Origin: Candidatus Subterrananammoxibius californiae
GTDB lineage: Bacteria > Planctomycetota > Brocadiia > Brocadiales > Subterrananammoxibiaceae
Direction of reading: 5' to 3'
DNA: 40,311 nt
NCBI GenBank assembly: GCA_030586555.1
Contig: JAURAC010000029.1
Coordinates: 1-40,311 of the forward strand
The notes beneath the pieces are model-generated. The model searched no databases, was not told the DNA's origin, and saw nothing but the letters and a program-made list of their open reading frames with translations. Position 1 is the first letter of the stretch. Each line of letters starts with the position of its first letter. A program made the translations under genes and the position numbers. Shown here piece after piece: positions 1 to 9,278 of this stretch.

Positions 1-131
1 CTCGCCGACTTATGGAAGAATAACCAAGACCAAACAAATTACCGATTTCTTGATTGTGATACCAGCCTGTACTCCATAATAGATAGATTAATAAATCACG
101 ATTTAGTTTATTTGAAGCGTCCTTGAAATAA
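1..131 (-). pseudogene. Internally deleted remnant of a REP-associated tyrosine transposase (RAYT, IS200-like Y1 family); runs off the window edge
   Basis: Manual translation gives LFQGRFK (131-111), matching the RAYT-type GHLFQGRFKS motif. It is followed in another frame by KLNRDLLIYLLWSTGWYHNQEIGNLFGLGYSSISRR, resembling the C-terminal HTH of these transposases. No start codon or HUH motif remains. Confidence 0.6.
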
Positions 132-134
132 GAA

Positions 135-1241
135 CTATCCTTTGTAGAAGCCGCTTTCCTTGCCGATTAATTTTCTGGGTCTAATAATTACCTTTCGTTC
201 TTTATCTTTAACAGTATGACCAATCTTGTAGCCTTCAACATTATATTTCTTTGCGATGGATATAATAGTTTCCACGTCTGATTCTGGTACTACGATACAG
301 AACCCAATACCCATGTTATATACCTTAAACATTTCTTCATCGGAGATTTTACCTGTATGCTGGAGCAAGGAGAAGATTGGCTGTGGCTCAGGGAGATAGT
401 CAATAATGTAGCCCATTTCTGACTCAACCCTCGTCAGGTTTAGCAGCCCATCGCTGGTTATATGAATCAGTGCCTTTATATTTGGGCAGGTCGCGCCTGA
501 GACGGATCTGCCGATATTTATCATCTCCACGACTTCTTGCACATAAATGCGTGTAGGTTCGAGTAGCTCTTCACCGAGCGTCCTGCCAAGTTCGGGAATG
601 TATTTATCGAGCTTAAACCGTCCCTTTTTAAGAAGTGTTTGACGGGCAAGCGTGTATCCGTTACTATGGATGCCGCTGCTTTTTAGTCCGACAACAACGT
701 CGCCCTCTTTAATATGCTGACCAATAATTATTTTATCGAGTGGGACCGTGCCAACGCAAGCGCCAACGAGGTCAAATTCCCTGCCCTTTTTTACGCCTTT
801 AATCATTTCCCTTACCTGCGCTATTTCGCCGCCGGGGATAGTAATCTTTGAGAGTTCTGCGCCCTTATAAAGCCCTTTTGCTATTTCTTCCAATAGCGCA
901 GGATTCGCATCACTGACGGCAATATAGTCCACCATAGATATAGGCTCCGCCCCCACGCAGAGGACGTCGTTGACGTTCATTGCAATGCAGTCAATGCCAA
1001 TGGTGTCATACTTGTTCATCATCTGGGCAACAAGTATCTTTGTCCCCACGCCATCAGTAGAAATGGCAAGACCCATTCCACTGCCGATGTCTATTACATT
1101 TGCAAAATAGCCAATGTCTAATTTTGCAGAGCCTATTTTATCCCTGAGTGCAAAGCTCTTTTTAACCCACCCGACGAGCCTTTCAAGCCCAATTTCTTCC
1201 TTAACAATATCAACGCCAGCCTCGGCGTATGTTTTTTTCAC
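135..1241 (-). CDS. purM: Phosphoribosylformylglycinamidine cyclo-ligase (AIR synthetase)
   Basis: Motifs TYAEAGVD, STDGVGTK, IAMNVND, SSGIHSNGY, HIT and NMGIG; GTG start. Confidence 0.97.
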   Translation of the reverse strand: MKKTYAEAGVDIVKEEIGLERLVGWVKKSFALRDKIGSAKLDIGYFANVIDIGSGMGLAISTDGVGTKILVAQMMNKYDTIGIDCIAMNVNDVLCVGAEPISMVDYIAVSDANPALLEEIAKGLYKGAELSKITIPGGEIAQVREMIKGVKKGREFDLVGACVGTVPLDKIIIGQHIKEGDVVVGLKSSGIHSNGYTLARQTLLKKGRFKLDKYIPELGRTLGEELLEPTRIYVQEVVEMINIGRSVSGATCPNIKALIHITSDGLLNLTRVESEMGYIIDYLPEPQPIFSLLQHTGKISDEEMFKVYNMGIGFCIVVPESDVETIISIAKKYNVEGYKIGHTVKDKERKVIIRPRKLIGKESGFYKG

Positions 1242-1268
1242 TTTTGTAGTGCACCTATTTTTTAAATG

Positions 1269-1326
1269 GTAGGGGCGTAGTGTCGTGCCTGAGGCAGATT
1301 CGCCGTGGCGAACAATACGCCCCTAC
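1269..1326. repeat. GTAG-type REP palindrome with a 30-nt insert in its loop
   Basis: Arms GTAGGGGCGTA and TACGCCCCTAC; near-identical copy at 3638-3695; empty 28-nt form at 23430-23457. Confidence 0.85.
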
Positions 1327-1349
1327 AAATAACGTGTTAATGCTGACAT

Positions 1350-1378
1350 ATTCTATAATTTTGTCGAAGGTGTGTCAA
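1350..1378 (-). promoter_or_regulatory. Sigma70-like promoter for purM
   Basis: TTGACA-N17-TAGAAT on the minus strand. Confidence 0.6.
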
Positions 1379-1398
1379 ATTAGAAATGGCAATTTGCA

Positions 1399-1427
1399 TT
1401 GACATGATTTATTCAGCGTGCTATTAT
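1399..1427 (+). promoter_or_regulatory. Sigma70-like promoter for the toxin-antitoxin pair
   Basis: TTGACA-N17-TATTAT with TG upstream of the -10 box. Confidence 0.6.
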
Positions 1428-1477
1428 TCGGGCGTATTGTACAATACTTTATGGGTTTCTTTTTAGGAATTATTGCG

Positions 1478-1717
1478 ATGGCTGAGTTAAAATTATCCGA
1501 TAAGCAACTATTTAATTTGGTAAAACAGTTATCACCAGAAAAGAAGGGTGAATTGGTTGATTACCTTGTGTTAGAGGTTGATGAACGATTCAGGCGTCTT
1601 TGCAAGACGGGAGGGGGAAAATTTCTCCGAATATGCAAGGACAGAAACATTGACCCTTCTGCCCTTTCAGAAGAAATGAAATTGAAGCTAATAGACGAAA
1701 TCTTACACGAGAAATAG
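1478..1717 (+). CDS. Putative antitoxin (small helical protein upstream of a PIN toxin)
   Basis: ATG at 1478 after AGGAA; 79 aa; ends 1 nt before the PIN gene. Confidence 0.65.
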   Translation: MAELKLSDKQLFNLVKQLSPEKKGELVDYLVLEVDERFRRLCKTGGGKFLRICKDRNIDPSALSEEMKLKLIDEILHEK

Positions 1718-1718
1718 C

Positions 1719-2135
1719 TTGATAAAGGTCGTTTTCGATACCAATGTTCTTATTTCTTCACTGTTTTGGTCTGGTAACCCAAGAAGATGCATATTACTTG
1801 CCCGCAGGAAACACATCTTAGCATTTACCACACAACCTATTCTGGATGAACTGCATGAAAAACTGGTTGCAAGGTTCAAATATAAGCCGAATGAAGCAAA
1901 GCAGGTTATTGACGATATTAAAACTTACACAGGTGTAGTGATACATGGTATGGCACTACGGCTTATTCATGCAGACCCAGAGGATAATAAAATTGTCGAG
2001 TGTGCAGTTGAGGCTGAAGCCAACTATATTGTTTCTGGGGATAAGCATCTCCTTAATCTGAAAAAATATAAGGACATTAAAATCGTTAGCCCTGCAGATT
2101 TTCTCAAGGCATTTAAGAATCAAACCATAATGTAA
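1719..2135 (+). CDS. PIN-domain toxin (VapC-like, PIN_3 type)
   Basis: KVVFDTNVLIS at the N-terminus, plus DPEDNKIVECA and IVSGDKHLL. Confidence 0.92.
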   Translation: MIKVVFDTNVLISSLFWSGNPRRCILLARRKHILAFTTQPILDELHEKLVARFKYKPNEAKQVIDDIKTYTGVVIHGMALRLIHADPEDNKIVECAVEAEANYIVSGDKHLLNLKKYKDIKIVSPADFLKAFKNQTIM

Positions 2136-2158
2136 AGTGGGTAGATTGCAAGTACATC

Positions 2159-3184
2159 CTATGCCAATGCCCTTTTGCCTACCTTGCGTTTGAGGTTCAT
2201 GAGGAGTTCGCGGAGCATGAGCTTCTTGCTTTCGAGGGCTTTTAAATGGAAGGGCAGTACGCATCCGCATCGTTCACAGTCTGCCAGGGGTCCCATCATG
2301 CAAGGCTTCTTTACACGCCCCTGCGGGTCAAGGCAGAAAGCCTGCTGCCTGAAGAGGCAGTTCCTCGTAACCTCTCTGCATGTACTGGATTTCATTAACT
2401 GAAGAACGACGGTTGGGATGCCTATAAAGTCCCCATATTTTTCTTCTTTCAGTTTTATTAATTTGTCAATAATGGCGTCCCGTTCATCCCAGTTTAACCA
2501 CAGGTCATCATTGTCAAGCCCACGAACGGCGGTGTAGAACTGGAAGAGGCAGCCCTTTGCGCCTGTATCTCTCCATTCTTCTAAAAAGCGTTCAATACCC
2601 GGATAGTTCATCCTTGTTATGACCATTGATACAAGGATTTTCAAATCCGGACGACTGATATTTTTCTTGATTCTTGTGTAACAGCCCTTGCCCCTGATAG
2701 CGTCGTGCATTTCCTGTGGTCCATCTATAGAGACGTAGAAATTGACGTCTTGCCAGTTTGGCAGCTCAAGCGTCCCATTAGTTGCTACGAGGTTAGACTT
2801 GAAATACTTCATGCCCCGCTCGATTAGTTCCCTCCTTAGGAGTGGTTCTCCACCAACCCAGGAACACTGATAAAATGGGAAGTCCGTCTGTTTTAGCTCT
2901 TCTAATCTTGAAATCCATTCTTCATCGCTCAGCTCTCTCTGGCTTTCGTAATCGTGCGCATAGAAGTAGCAGTGCTTGCACCGCAGGTTGCATCGGTTAG
3001 TAACATCAATCGAACCAATCGCCCCTTTAGGCTTGCCAAGAAGGTCAAACCTGCCGAGGTCGTAAAGTTTGAAGAAGAACTTTGTCCTATTCCTGCCTAT
3101 TGCCCTGCAGGAAACGTCAAAGAGCACATCCCTGAAGGTTTTGTTTGGTTCGTGCATAAGGCTCGTATTCAGGATTGTTTTCAT
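2159..3184 (-). CDS. Radical SAM protein with a Cys-rich C-terminus
   Basis: CNLRCKHC, GGEP, TNG and VSIDG motifs; C-terminal PCMMGPLADCERCGC. Start is either 3184 or 3232 (TAATG overlap with the kinase stop). Confidence 0.9.
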   Translation of the reverse strand: MKTILNTSLMHEPNKTFRDVLFDVSCRAIGRNRTKFFFKLYDLGRFDLLGKPKGAIGSIDVTNRCNLRCKHCYFYAHDYESQRELSDEEWISRLEELKQTDFPFYQCSWVGGEPLLRRELIERGMKYFKSNLVATNGTLELPNWQDVNFYVSIDGPQEMHDAIRGKGCYTRIKKNISRPDLKILVSMVITRMNYPGIERFLEEWRDTGAKGCLFQFYTAVRGLDNDDLWLNWDERDAIIDKLIKLKEEKYGDFIGIPTVVLQLMKSSTCREVTRNCLFRQQAFCLDPQGRVKKPCMMGPLADCERCGCVLPFHLKALESKKLMLRELLMNLKRKVGKRALA

Positions 3185-3231
3185 GTTATACTGTCTGCCG
3201 CCTAACATGCTCAAAGGCGGTTCCGCCTCCA

Positions 3232-5172
3232 TTATGACAGAAGCCGTTTAAATGCCGCCTTACCTACCATGTCCAGAAGTTGATTATTATCAAGCGGTTT
3301 TGAAATGACCATTTTAACCCCTGTCTTTGCAAGCATTGCAGGGTCAAAGGTATCACCCCAGCCAGTGAATATTACTATAGGGGTTTTGTGCACTCGTTGG
3401 GATTCAAGATTGTGAATGGCTCTTGCCACCTCCCAGCCGGACATATCAGGCATTGTGAGGTCACAAAGAACAAGGTCAAATTGCCCACTTTTGAATATCC
3501 TGATGCCCTCTTTTCCCGTCAGTGCGGTAGAGACGCTGTGACCAGTGCTTCGGAGGAATTTGGCTATAATATTGCAAATTCCCTCCTCATCATCAATGAC
3601 CAGCACATTAGCAGCCTTAGTACCATCAATGGGAATTGTAGGGGCGCAATGTCGTGCCTGAGGCAGATTCGCCATGGCGAACATTACGTCTCTACCCTGG
3701 CTGGAGAGTACGGGAAGTTTAATGATGAATTTAGAACCTTTTCCAACCACACTCTTTACCTTAATAGTGCCTTTATGTTCCGTTAAAACGGCAAGTACAG
3801 TGCTTAATCCAAGCCCCGTTCCTTTTCCATACTTTGTGGTGAAAAAGGGCTCAAAGAGCTTCTTACAATGTTTTTCATTGATACCACAACCACTATCGGC
3901 AACAGAGACGAGAACTTTGTTACCGTTTAATTTCGTGGAGAAGGAAAGCTCGCCACCTTCAGGCATGGCATCAATGGCGTTATTAATGATATTTACAAAG
4001 ACCTCCCTGAGTTCACTGGCGTTGCCGGGGACAAGAACAGCACCTGTCAAGCTATGGCACTTTATATTGTAATGAACGCCGTGAAATTGCGCTTCGTCCT
4101 TCCAACGGAGTTTTGTAAATTCAATAGATTCCCGAACAATATAATTAATGTCAACTGGTACGAGCCTTTCCAAAGGGCGATGGACCCTTGAAAAAGACTG
4201 AAGCTTTCTTACAAGCTGTGCACCGTCCCAGGCGCTTTTTGAGATAATCTTAATAGCATCTTGAAGCACCTGTTTATCCTCAGGCCTCGACTGTATGAGT
4301 CTAATATGTCCGAGGACGATTGTCAATATATTATTAATGTTATGCGCTATCCCCGAAGCCATTTCTCCAACGGCTTTTAATCTTTCTGATTGAATAAGCT
4401 GTTGTAGAAGCGCCGACCTTTCGGTGGCGTCTGATAGATGAACTAAGGCAACCGTGCCCCAGTTGCTGTCGCTGACAGGTGTAAGTTCCAAATTCGTAAG
4501 TATCGGGTTGCCCCGTTTGTTTAGGATTTCGAGTTCGATGCCGGCTGCAGGCGCCGCTCTGTTGAAGCGCTCCCTCATGAAGTCTCTAAAAGCAACTCGG
4601 TGGTTTTTCTTTATAATAAGAGAAATATGCTTTTCTAATAAATCCTTAGCGTGGTAGCCAAGGACATTTTCCACTCGTTTATTCACGTCGAGAATCTTTC
4701 CGCTTGTATCAATCACGAATAGCAAAACTGGGGCATTATCATATAGAGTTCGATGCAGCCTCTCCATTGTCTTTATTTGCGGGTCTTTTTCTTCCCCCAG
4801 GCTTTCCTGTGCCTGCTTCTCTAATGCCCTGCGGATGCTTAAACGTAATTCTTCATAGTTTATTGGCTTTGTTATAAAGTCAAAAGCGCCTGCCTTAAAG
4901 GATTCTAAGACGGTTTTCATATTGCCATGTGCTGCTATAATTATTACTTCGGTTTTGGGAGAAAGCTTTTTAATATGTCTTAAGACCTCTATCCCATCCA
5001 TTTTTGGCATGTTTAGCTCGGTTAGAACAATGTCTATATCCTCTTTCTTAAGTATTTTTAAGCCTGTATGACCATTTTCTGCCACAAAAATTGCATGCCC
5101 ATCCATGGTTAAGTGCCTTCTAAGCGCTTTGCAGACAAGCCCTTCACCATCTATTACCAATATTTTAGGCAT
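3232..5172 (-). CDS. Hybrid sensor histidine kinase (REC-PAS-HisKA-HATPase-REC)
   Basis: H-box IAHNINN, N-box NIINNAIDAM, G-boxes DSGCGI and GKGTGLGL; receiver domains at both ends. The N-terminal receiver has E at the usual phospho-Asp position (VLTELNMP). Confidence 0.93.
   Translation of the reverse strand: MPKILVIDGEGLVCKALRRHLTMDGHAIFVAENGHTGLKILKKEDIDIVLTELNMPKMDGIEVLRHIKKLSPKTEVIIIAAHGNMKTVLESFKAGAFDFITKPINYEELRLSIRRALEKQAQESLGEEKDPQIKTMERLHRTLYDNAPVLLFVIDTSGKILDVNKRVENVLGYHAKDLLEKHISLIIKKNHRVAFRDFMRERFNRAAPAAGIELEILNKRGNPILTNLELTPVSDSNWGTVALVHLSDATERSALLQQLIQSERLKAVGEMASGIAHNINNILTIVLGHIRLIQSRPEDKQVLQDAIKIISKSAWDGAQLVRKLQSFSRVHRPLERLVPVDINYIVRESIEFTKLRWKDEAQFHGVHYNIKCHSLTGAVLVPGNASELREVFVNIINNAIDAMPEGGELSFSTKLNGNKVLVSVADSGCGINEKHCKKLFEPFFTTKYGKGTGLGLSTVLAVLTEHKGTIKVKSVVGKGSKFIIKLPVLSSQGRDVMFAMANLPQARHCAPTIPIDGTKAANVLVIDDEEGICNIIAKFLRSTGHSVSTALTGKEGIRIFKSGQFDLVLCDLTMPDMSGWEVARAIHNLESQRVHKTPIVIFTGWGDTFDPAMLAKTGVKMVISKPLDNNQLLDMVGKAAFKRLLS
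3638..3695. repeat. GTAG-type REP lying within the reading frame of the kinase HATPase-REC linker
   Basis: Copy of the 1269-1326 element; translates as GRDVMFAMANLPQARHCAPT. Confidence 0.85.
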
Positions 5173-5482
5173 GTGGTTTCCTTACTGAAAAAGGCGGGCG
5201 GCGCACAATAGATAATGTTATTGTTGCGATTGTTTAGGATATAACAAGATAACGAACATAAAACCGCCTGTCAAGGGTAAAATCACACCAATGTGTCAAT
5301 AAAATTTCAACACTGTGTAGATTTAATGTGGCTGTTCACTTTGGCGTGGCTTTTTCATTATAACAACACTTTGAACCAAACGATACAAGGGGGGAAATTA
5401 CCTTGACATTTCAGAAGGGTTCTTGTATTGTGATACGGTGAAAAAGAGGTAGGCTGTGGCTGGAATTTGGAGGGAAGATTTT

Positions 5483-5725
5483 ATGGCTGTGCTCTTGAAT
5501 AAGAAAAAGGTCGTGAGTATTTGCCCCGTTAATATCTTGAAATCGGTCTGCCCGAGTATTCAAAAGACGAGACAAATCAGGCGGGAATTGCTCACCGCAA
5601 GCAAGGTTGTTACCGTGGGGCAGAAGAGACTTGAGTCCCTGCGTGAAAGATTAAGGGAAAGAAGGATTAAAGGCATCTCTGTTGACTGTCAGACATGCAA
5701 ATATAACAAACAAACTGCTGAATGA
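5483..5725 (+). CDS. Hypothetical small basic protein with four Cys (C-terminal CxxC)
   Basis: GAGGG Shine-Dalgarno before the ATG; TTGACA-N17-TATTGT promoter at 5403-5431. Confidence 0.55.
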   Translation: MAVLLNKKKVVSICPVNILKSVCPSIQKTRQIRRELLTASKVVTVGQKRLESLRERLRERRIKGISVDCQTCKYNKQTAE

Positions 5726-5773
5726 GCAGTTCGTGGATTTCATGTGCGACGGCAAAAAGAGAGAGATTGCTTT

Positions 5774-6424
5774 TCACTGAGGTCCGGGCAATATTTCTGC
5801 GCCTTCTGTGTCAAAAAGCTTTATTAGATTACTTGTAAGCGTAGCTATCTCTTCTTCCGTTAATAGCGGGTTGCAGACCTCAAAGACCTTGTTCTCCTGC
5901 GGATATTCAAGCACCAGTAATTCCTGACCATGGCTTCTGACAATATCCTTATATTTAAGCAGTTTTTTCCGCATCAAGAAGAGCGCCAGTGTGTAGCGAA
6001 GCTTTTTCTTCTCAGGATCCTGGTTGCCCTCTAACCTTAAAAAGAAATCCAGGATAATGGAAGTGTCTATACACTTTTTGGGTGGTGTATTTGTCTTTGG
6101 TATGCGCGTCTTCCAGAATGCGGCTGCCTGCCTATCGGCAGGCGCATTGCCCTTTTTACCTCCGCCGAAACAATAGGCGGACTCGCCCCACCCAAAAGAT
6201 GGCGGGCAGGCAATCTTTTGGGCGAGCCTTTGCCAGCAGGGCAGGCAGAAGTCTTTTCGAGTGAACTGCTGTATCTCGTCATAAAGCGCAGAGAAGTACG
6301 GTTCCTCCTCCACGAATTGCCTTTCACAGGCGGAACACTGCCTGGAGGTCTTTCCTATATTCCAGTCTGTGTTAGGAAAGGTAACGAGTGTCTTCGGTTC
6401 TGGGTTAACGTTTGTCTCAACCAT
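5774..6424 (-). CDS. Conserved hypothetical protein with two CxxC pairs
   Basis: CSAC...CLPCW, FWKTR and YTLALFLMRKKLL segments; starts 1 nt after the upstream gene stop. Confidence 0.75.
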   Translation of the reverse strand: MVETNVNPEPKTLVTFPNTDWNIGKTSRQCSACERQFVEEEPYFSALYDEIQQFTRKDFCLPCWQRLAQKIACPPSFGWGESAYCFGGGKKGNAPADRQAAAFWKTRIPKTNTPPKKCIDTSIILDFFLRLEGNQDPEKKKLRYTLALFLMRKKLLKYKDIVRSHGQELLVLEYPQENKVFEVCNPLLTEEEIATLTSNLIKLFDTEGAEILPGPQ

Positions 6425-6425
6425 T

Positions 6426-7061
6426 TTATTTATTTATTGTAAGGGTTACCTTCTGCGTAATTTCTTGCAGTATTGTTGTAGCCTTTTCCCCGGCGAGGGC
6501 AATTTCTTTGCGTATATTTGAGACGAGTGATTCATCCTTTAACCCTGTTAGATTTGCTTCGACGTTTATCCTTGCGCCCCGCAGTGCCGCCTCGGTGAAA
6601 ATGGCGGCAGCGCCAACGTCGCCTATAAGGTTTGGATTTGCAATATTTACAAGTTCTTGAACAGCCTCAAGCATCTTCAGTGAGCACCTTACCGTAAGGA
6701 GGGGAATCTCCATTGCATAGGTAAGTGCGCGTTGTATTGCTTGAGTGCGTGCCGCCTTTTCTTCTGGCGTTGATTTAGGCATTCCGTAGGCTTTTAATAC
6801 ACCGCTATAAGCCTCTGTATCTTTTTGCATGAGCGTCACGAGGTCTTCACGCCCTTTTGTGCATACTCCTAAGATTTGTTTAGCCTGTGGTTCTACGCCC
6901 TTGAACTTTTCCCTGCCTATTGTGAAATTAGCAGACATCTCTGCCATTGTAGTACCGAGGGCTCCTACAAGGGCAGAAACGCTCCCACCGCCAGGGGTTG
7001 GGTTGCCAGTGGCAGCGTCCGCAAGATATTTTTCTAACGGTTCTTTTCTATATAAAGGCAT
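6426..7061 (-). CDS. Formiminotetrahydrofolate cyclodeaminase / methenyl-THF cyclohydrolase family protein (FTCD_C)
   Basis: PTPGGGSVSALVGALG, DTEAY, NPNLIGDVG and NVEANL. Confidence 0.9.
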   Translation of the reverse strand: MPLYRKEPLEKYLADAATGNPTPGGGSVSALVGALGTTMAEMSANFTIGREKFKGVEPQAKQILGVCTKGREDLVTLMQKDTEAYSGVLKAYGMPKSTPEEKAARTQAIQRALTYAMEIPLLTVRCSLKMLEAVQELVNIANPNLIGDVGAAAIFTEAALRGARINVEANLTGLKDESLVSNIRKEIALAGEKATTILQEITQKVTLTINK

Positions 7062-7175
7062 AATATCCCCTCGAATCCTTCAGGGACGAGTGACGAGGTG
7101 ATAGGGCCGAGTGCAGGAAGAATTTTAAAAAATATTCTTTGACTCGTCACTAACACCTTACCACTCGTCACTGCC

Positions 7176-8312
7176 TTATTCTTGAATTATAACTTCCGTA
7201 CCCGGCACCACAAAGTCGTAGAGCTCCTCTGCATCTTCATTAATCATGCGGATACAGCCCATGGAGGATTCCTTGCCAATAGTATCGGGCAGGGTTGTGC
7301 CGTGAATGCCATAACCATGAAGCCCGGGTTTATCCTCAAAACCAGCCCAGCGAGTGCCTAAGATATTCTTTGGATTGCCGTATTCATAAACCCCTTCAGG
7401 GGAATACCAGACAGGGTTTTTAAGTTTATCCTTAATTTTAAAGGCTCCTACGGGTGTTTTGCCGGATACGCCAGTTCCAACGGGGTATTGCTTAATATAA
7501 TGTCCATCCAGGAGCACTGTCAAGGTAAAATCGCTTTTATCCGCTAAAAGGCTGACCGTCCCGTTCAACACTTTGAGCTGTTCGTTTACCCGTATATTTG
7601 TATTTTGTTTTTTGTTTAATCGCATGATTAGTTCGTACGAGGTGTTATACTGCTTTGCTATCTTAATGAGTGTGTCGCCAGGCCTGACCACATAAACAGT
7701 GGCATCCTTGCATGGGTTTGGCGAGAAAACAAGCTCCTCGTTTAACTTATCCAGCCTTTCTTTTATCTCTTTGCGGTTACTCTCGGATGCTTCTGTAAGA
7801 TACGCATCAGACAGGAGATTTCTTGCCTCGTACTTTTTCTCTTCCTTGAGGTATTGCATGGCAAGCTCTATTGTGTTAGGTTTAGCGGTTGCAGGGGCGG
7901 GTTGTGTCTCTTGTTCTAAGGAGGGCGTGGCGGGGTTTTTACCTTCCGATTCCGTGCCAGAAATAGCGACAGCAGGGGTGTCTTCGATTCCTTTTTTGGT
8001 TGGCTGAAGGGTCGTTTGGGCGGTATGGACAAACCTTTCACTTTGTTCAGGGGCAGGCTTGTTTGTCTGTGCTACATCTTCTTTCTCTTTAGAGGTCTCT
8101 AATATAATGTCTTTTTCGTATACAACCTCAGATGTTTCGCTTTGCCCCCCGCCTGTGGCGGGCAACCCTAGCTCGCCCTTTGGAGAAACCCATTGCCCTA
8201 ACGAGATAAGACGGCCAACTCTCGAACCTTCAGGGTGCTTTCTGGAATACCACCGCATACCAAAATAACACAATGTTCCAACGATTATAAGGATAACAAC
8301 GCCTTTTTTCAC
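7176..8312 (-). CDS. Membrane-anchored LysM-domain L,D-transpeptidase (YkuD family)
   Basis: N-terminal TM helix; LysM segment YVVRPGDTLIKIAK; catalytic YGIHGT...SMGCIRM. Confidence 0.92.
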   Translation of the reverse strand: MKKGVVILIIVGTLCYFGMRWYSRKHPEGSRVGRLISLGQWVSPKGELGLPATGGGQSETSEVVYEKDIILETSKEKEDVAQTNKPAPEQSERFVHTAQTTLQPTKKGIEDTPAVAISGTESEGKNPATPSLEQETQPAPATAKPNTIELAMQYLKEEKKYEARNLLSDAYLTEASESNRKEIKERLDKLNEELVFSPNPCKDATVYVVRPGDTLIKIAKQYNTSYELIMRLNKKQNTNIRVNEQLKVLNGTVSLLADKSDFTLTVLLDGHYIKQYPVGTGVSGKTPVGAFKIKDKLKNPVWYSPEGVYEYGNPKNILGTRWAGFEDKPGLHGYGIHGTTLPDTIGKESSMGCIRMINEDAEELYDFVVPGTEVIIQE

Positions 8313-8488
8313 TCAGGCACTCCCCTGCCTTCGTCACGCCAAGTGTTCCAATTTGCTCAAGGACAAGTTCGCAAGATAGGTTTTTCTGAAGATAACACAC
8401 GTAAAGTTAGATGTCAAGGAAATTCGATTGCCTTAAAATAGATACGCCGCTTTTTTATCTTGCATCTACACAAAAAGCCACAAAAATA

Positions 8489-8516
8489 TTGACTATTTAC
8501 ATTTTTTTGGTACAAT
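8489..8516 (+). promoter_or_regulatory. Sigma70-like promoter for the DUF1858/cupin cluster
   Basis: TTGACT-N16-TACAAT with an extended -10 TG. Confidence 0.5.
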
Positions 8517-8630
8517 TAATGTTCTTTGTAACATAGTTGGTGTGTTCTGTGGAATCTTATGATTGCGCGGATGTATTTTTGTCACGGGCTTGTTGAAAAG
8601 AAAATAGTGATTAGGAGGTATAAATAAAGA

Positions 8631-8873
8631 ATGGCAGAAGAAATTCTTATAACTAAAAAAATGTCTACTGGCGAGGTAACAAAGAAATATCCTGCCACAA
8701 AGGCCGTTTTTTCAAAGTATTTTGGAAAAAGCTGTTTTGATTGCCCTGCCTTTGGGACAGAGGATATTAATCTTGCGTGCATGATGCATAATACAGACAC
8801 AGATAAATTTGTAAAGGAATGCATCGAAGCTGCCAAGAATGAACTGGCAGCTTCCCAAGCGACAAAAAAGTAG
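8631..8873 (+). CDS. DUF1858-domain protein
   Basis: ITKKMSTGEVTKKYP...CFDCP...ACMMHN pattern; AGGAGG upstream. Confidence 0.8.
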   Translation: MAEEILITKKMSTGEVTKKYPATKAVFSKYFGKSCFDCPAFGTEDINLACMMHNTDTDKFVKECIEAAKNELAASQATKK

Positions 8874-8897
8874 AGATGCAAGATTTTGCATCTCTAC
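8870..8897. repeat. GTAG-type 28-nt palindrome that supplies the DUF1858 stop codon
   Basis: GTAGAGATGCAA-GATT-TTGCATCTCTAC. Confidence 0.75.
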
Positions 8898-8922
8898 GTA
8901 CCGAAGGAAGGGAGAAGTACGT

Positions 8923-9222
8923 TTGAATCCTATTAAGGTACAAAGTAAGGTTGTCTTTAATAAACAGATGTTTCGCCCTCAAATCCTTTACGGCTCTCCG
9001 AACCTGAAGGTCCCCTTGATATGTATGGAGGCGGGGCAGGAGATTCCACCGCATCCCAGTGGAACGGGAATTTTTTATGTCCTCGAAGGGAAGGGGATTT
9101 TAACCTTAGACGATGAGAAGTTGAATTTATCAAAGGGAACCATTATCGTTGCTCCGGAGGGAAGCTCACGGGGTATAAAGTGCGAAGAAAAGTTAGTTGT
9201 CGTTGCTATCCATGCAGGATAA
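8923..9222 (+). CDS. Cupin-domain protein
   Basis: MEAGQEIPPH...FYVLEGKG...P; probable TTG start after GGAG. Confidence 0.82.
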   Translation: MNPIKVQSKVVFNKQMFRPQILYGSPNLKVPLICMEAGQEIPPHPSGTGIFYVLEGKGILTLDDEKLNLSKGTIIVAPEGSSRGIKCEEKLVVVAIHAG

Positions 9223-9278
9223 CTCGCCTAAGGCGAGCGAAAAACTTTTAACATATTCCAGGAAGAAGCTTATATCAA

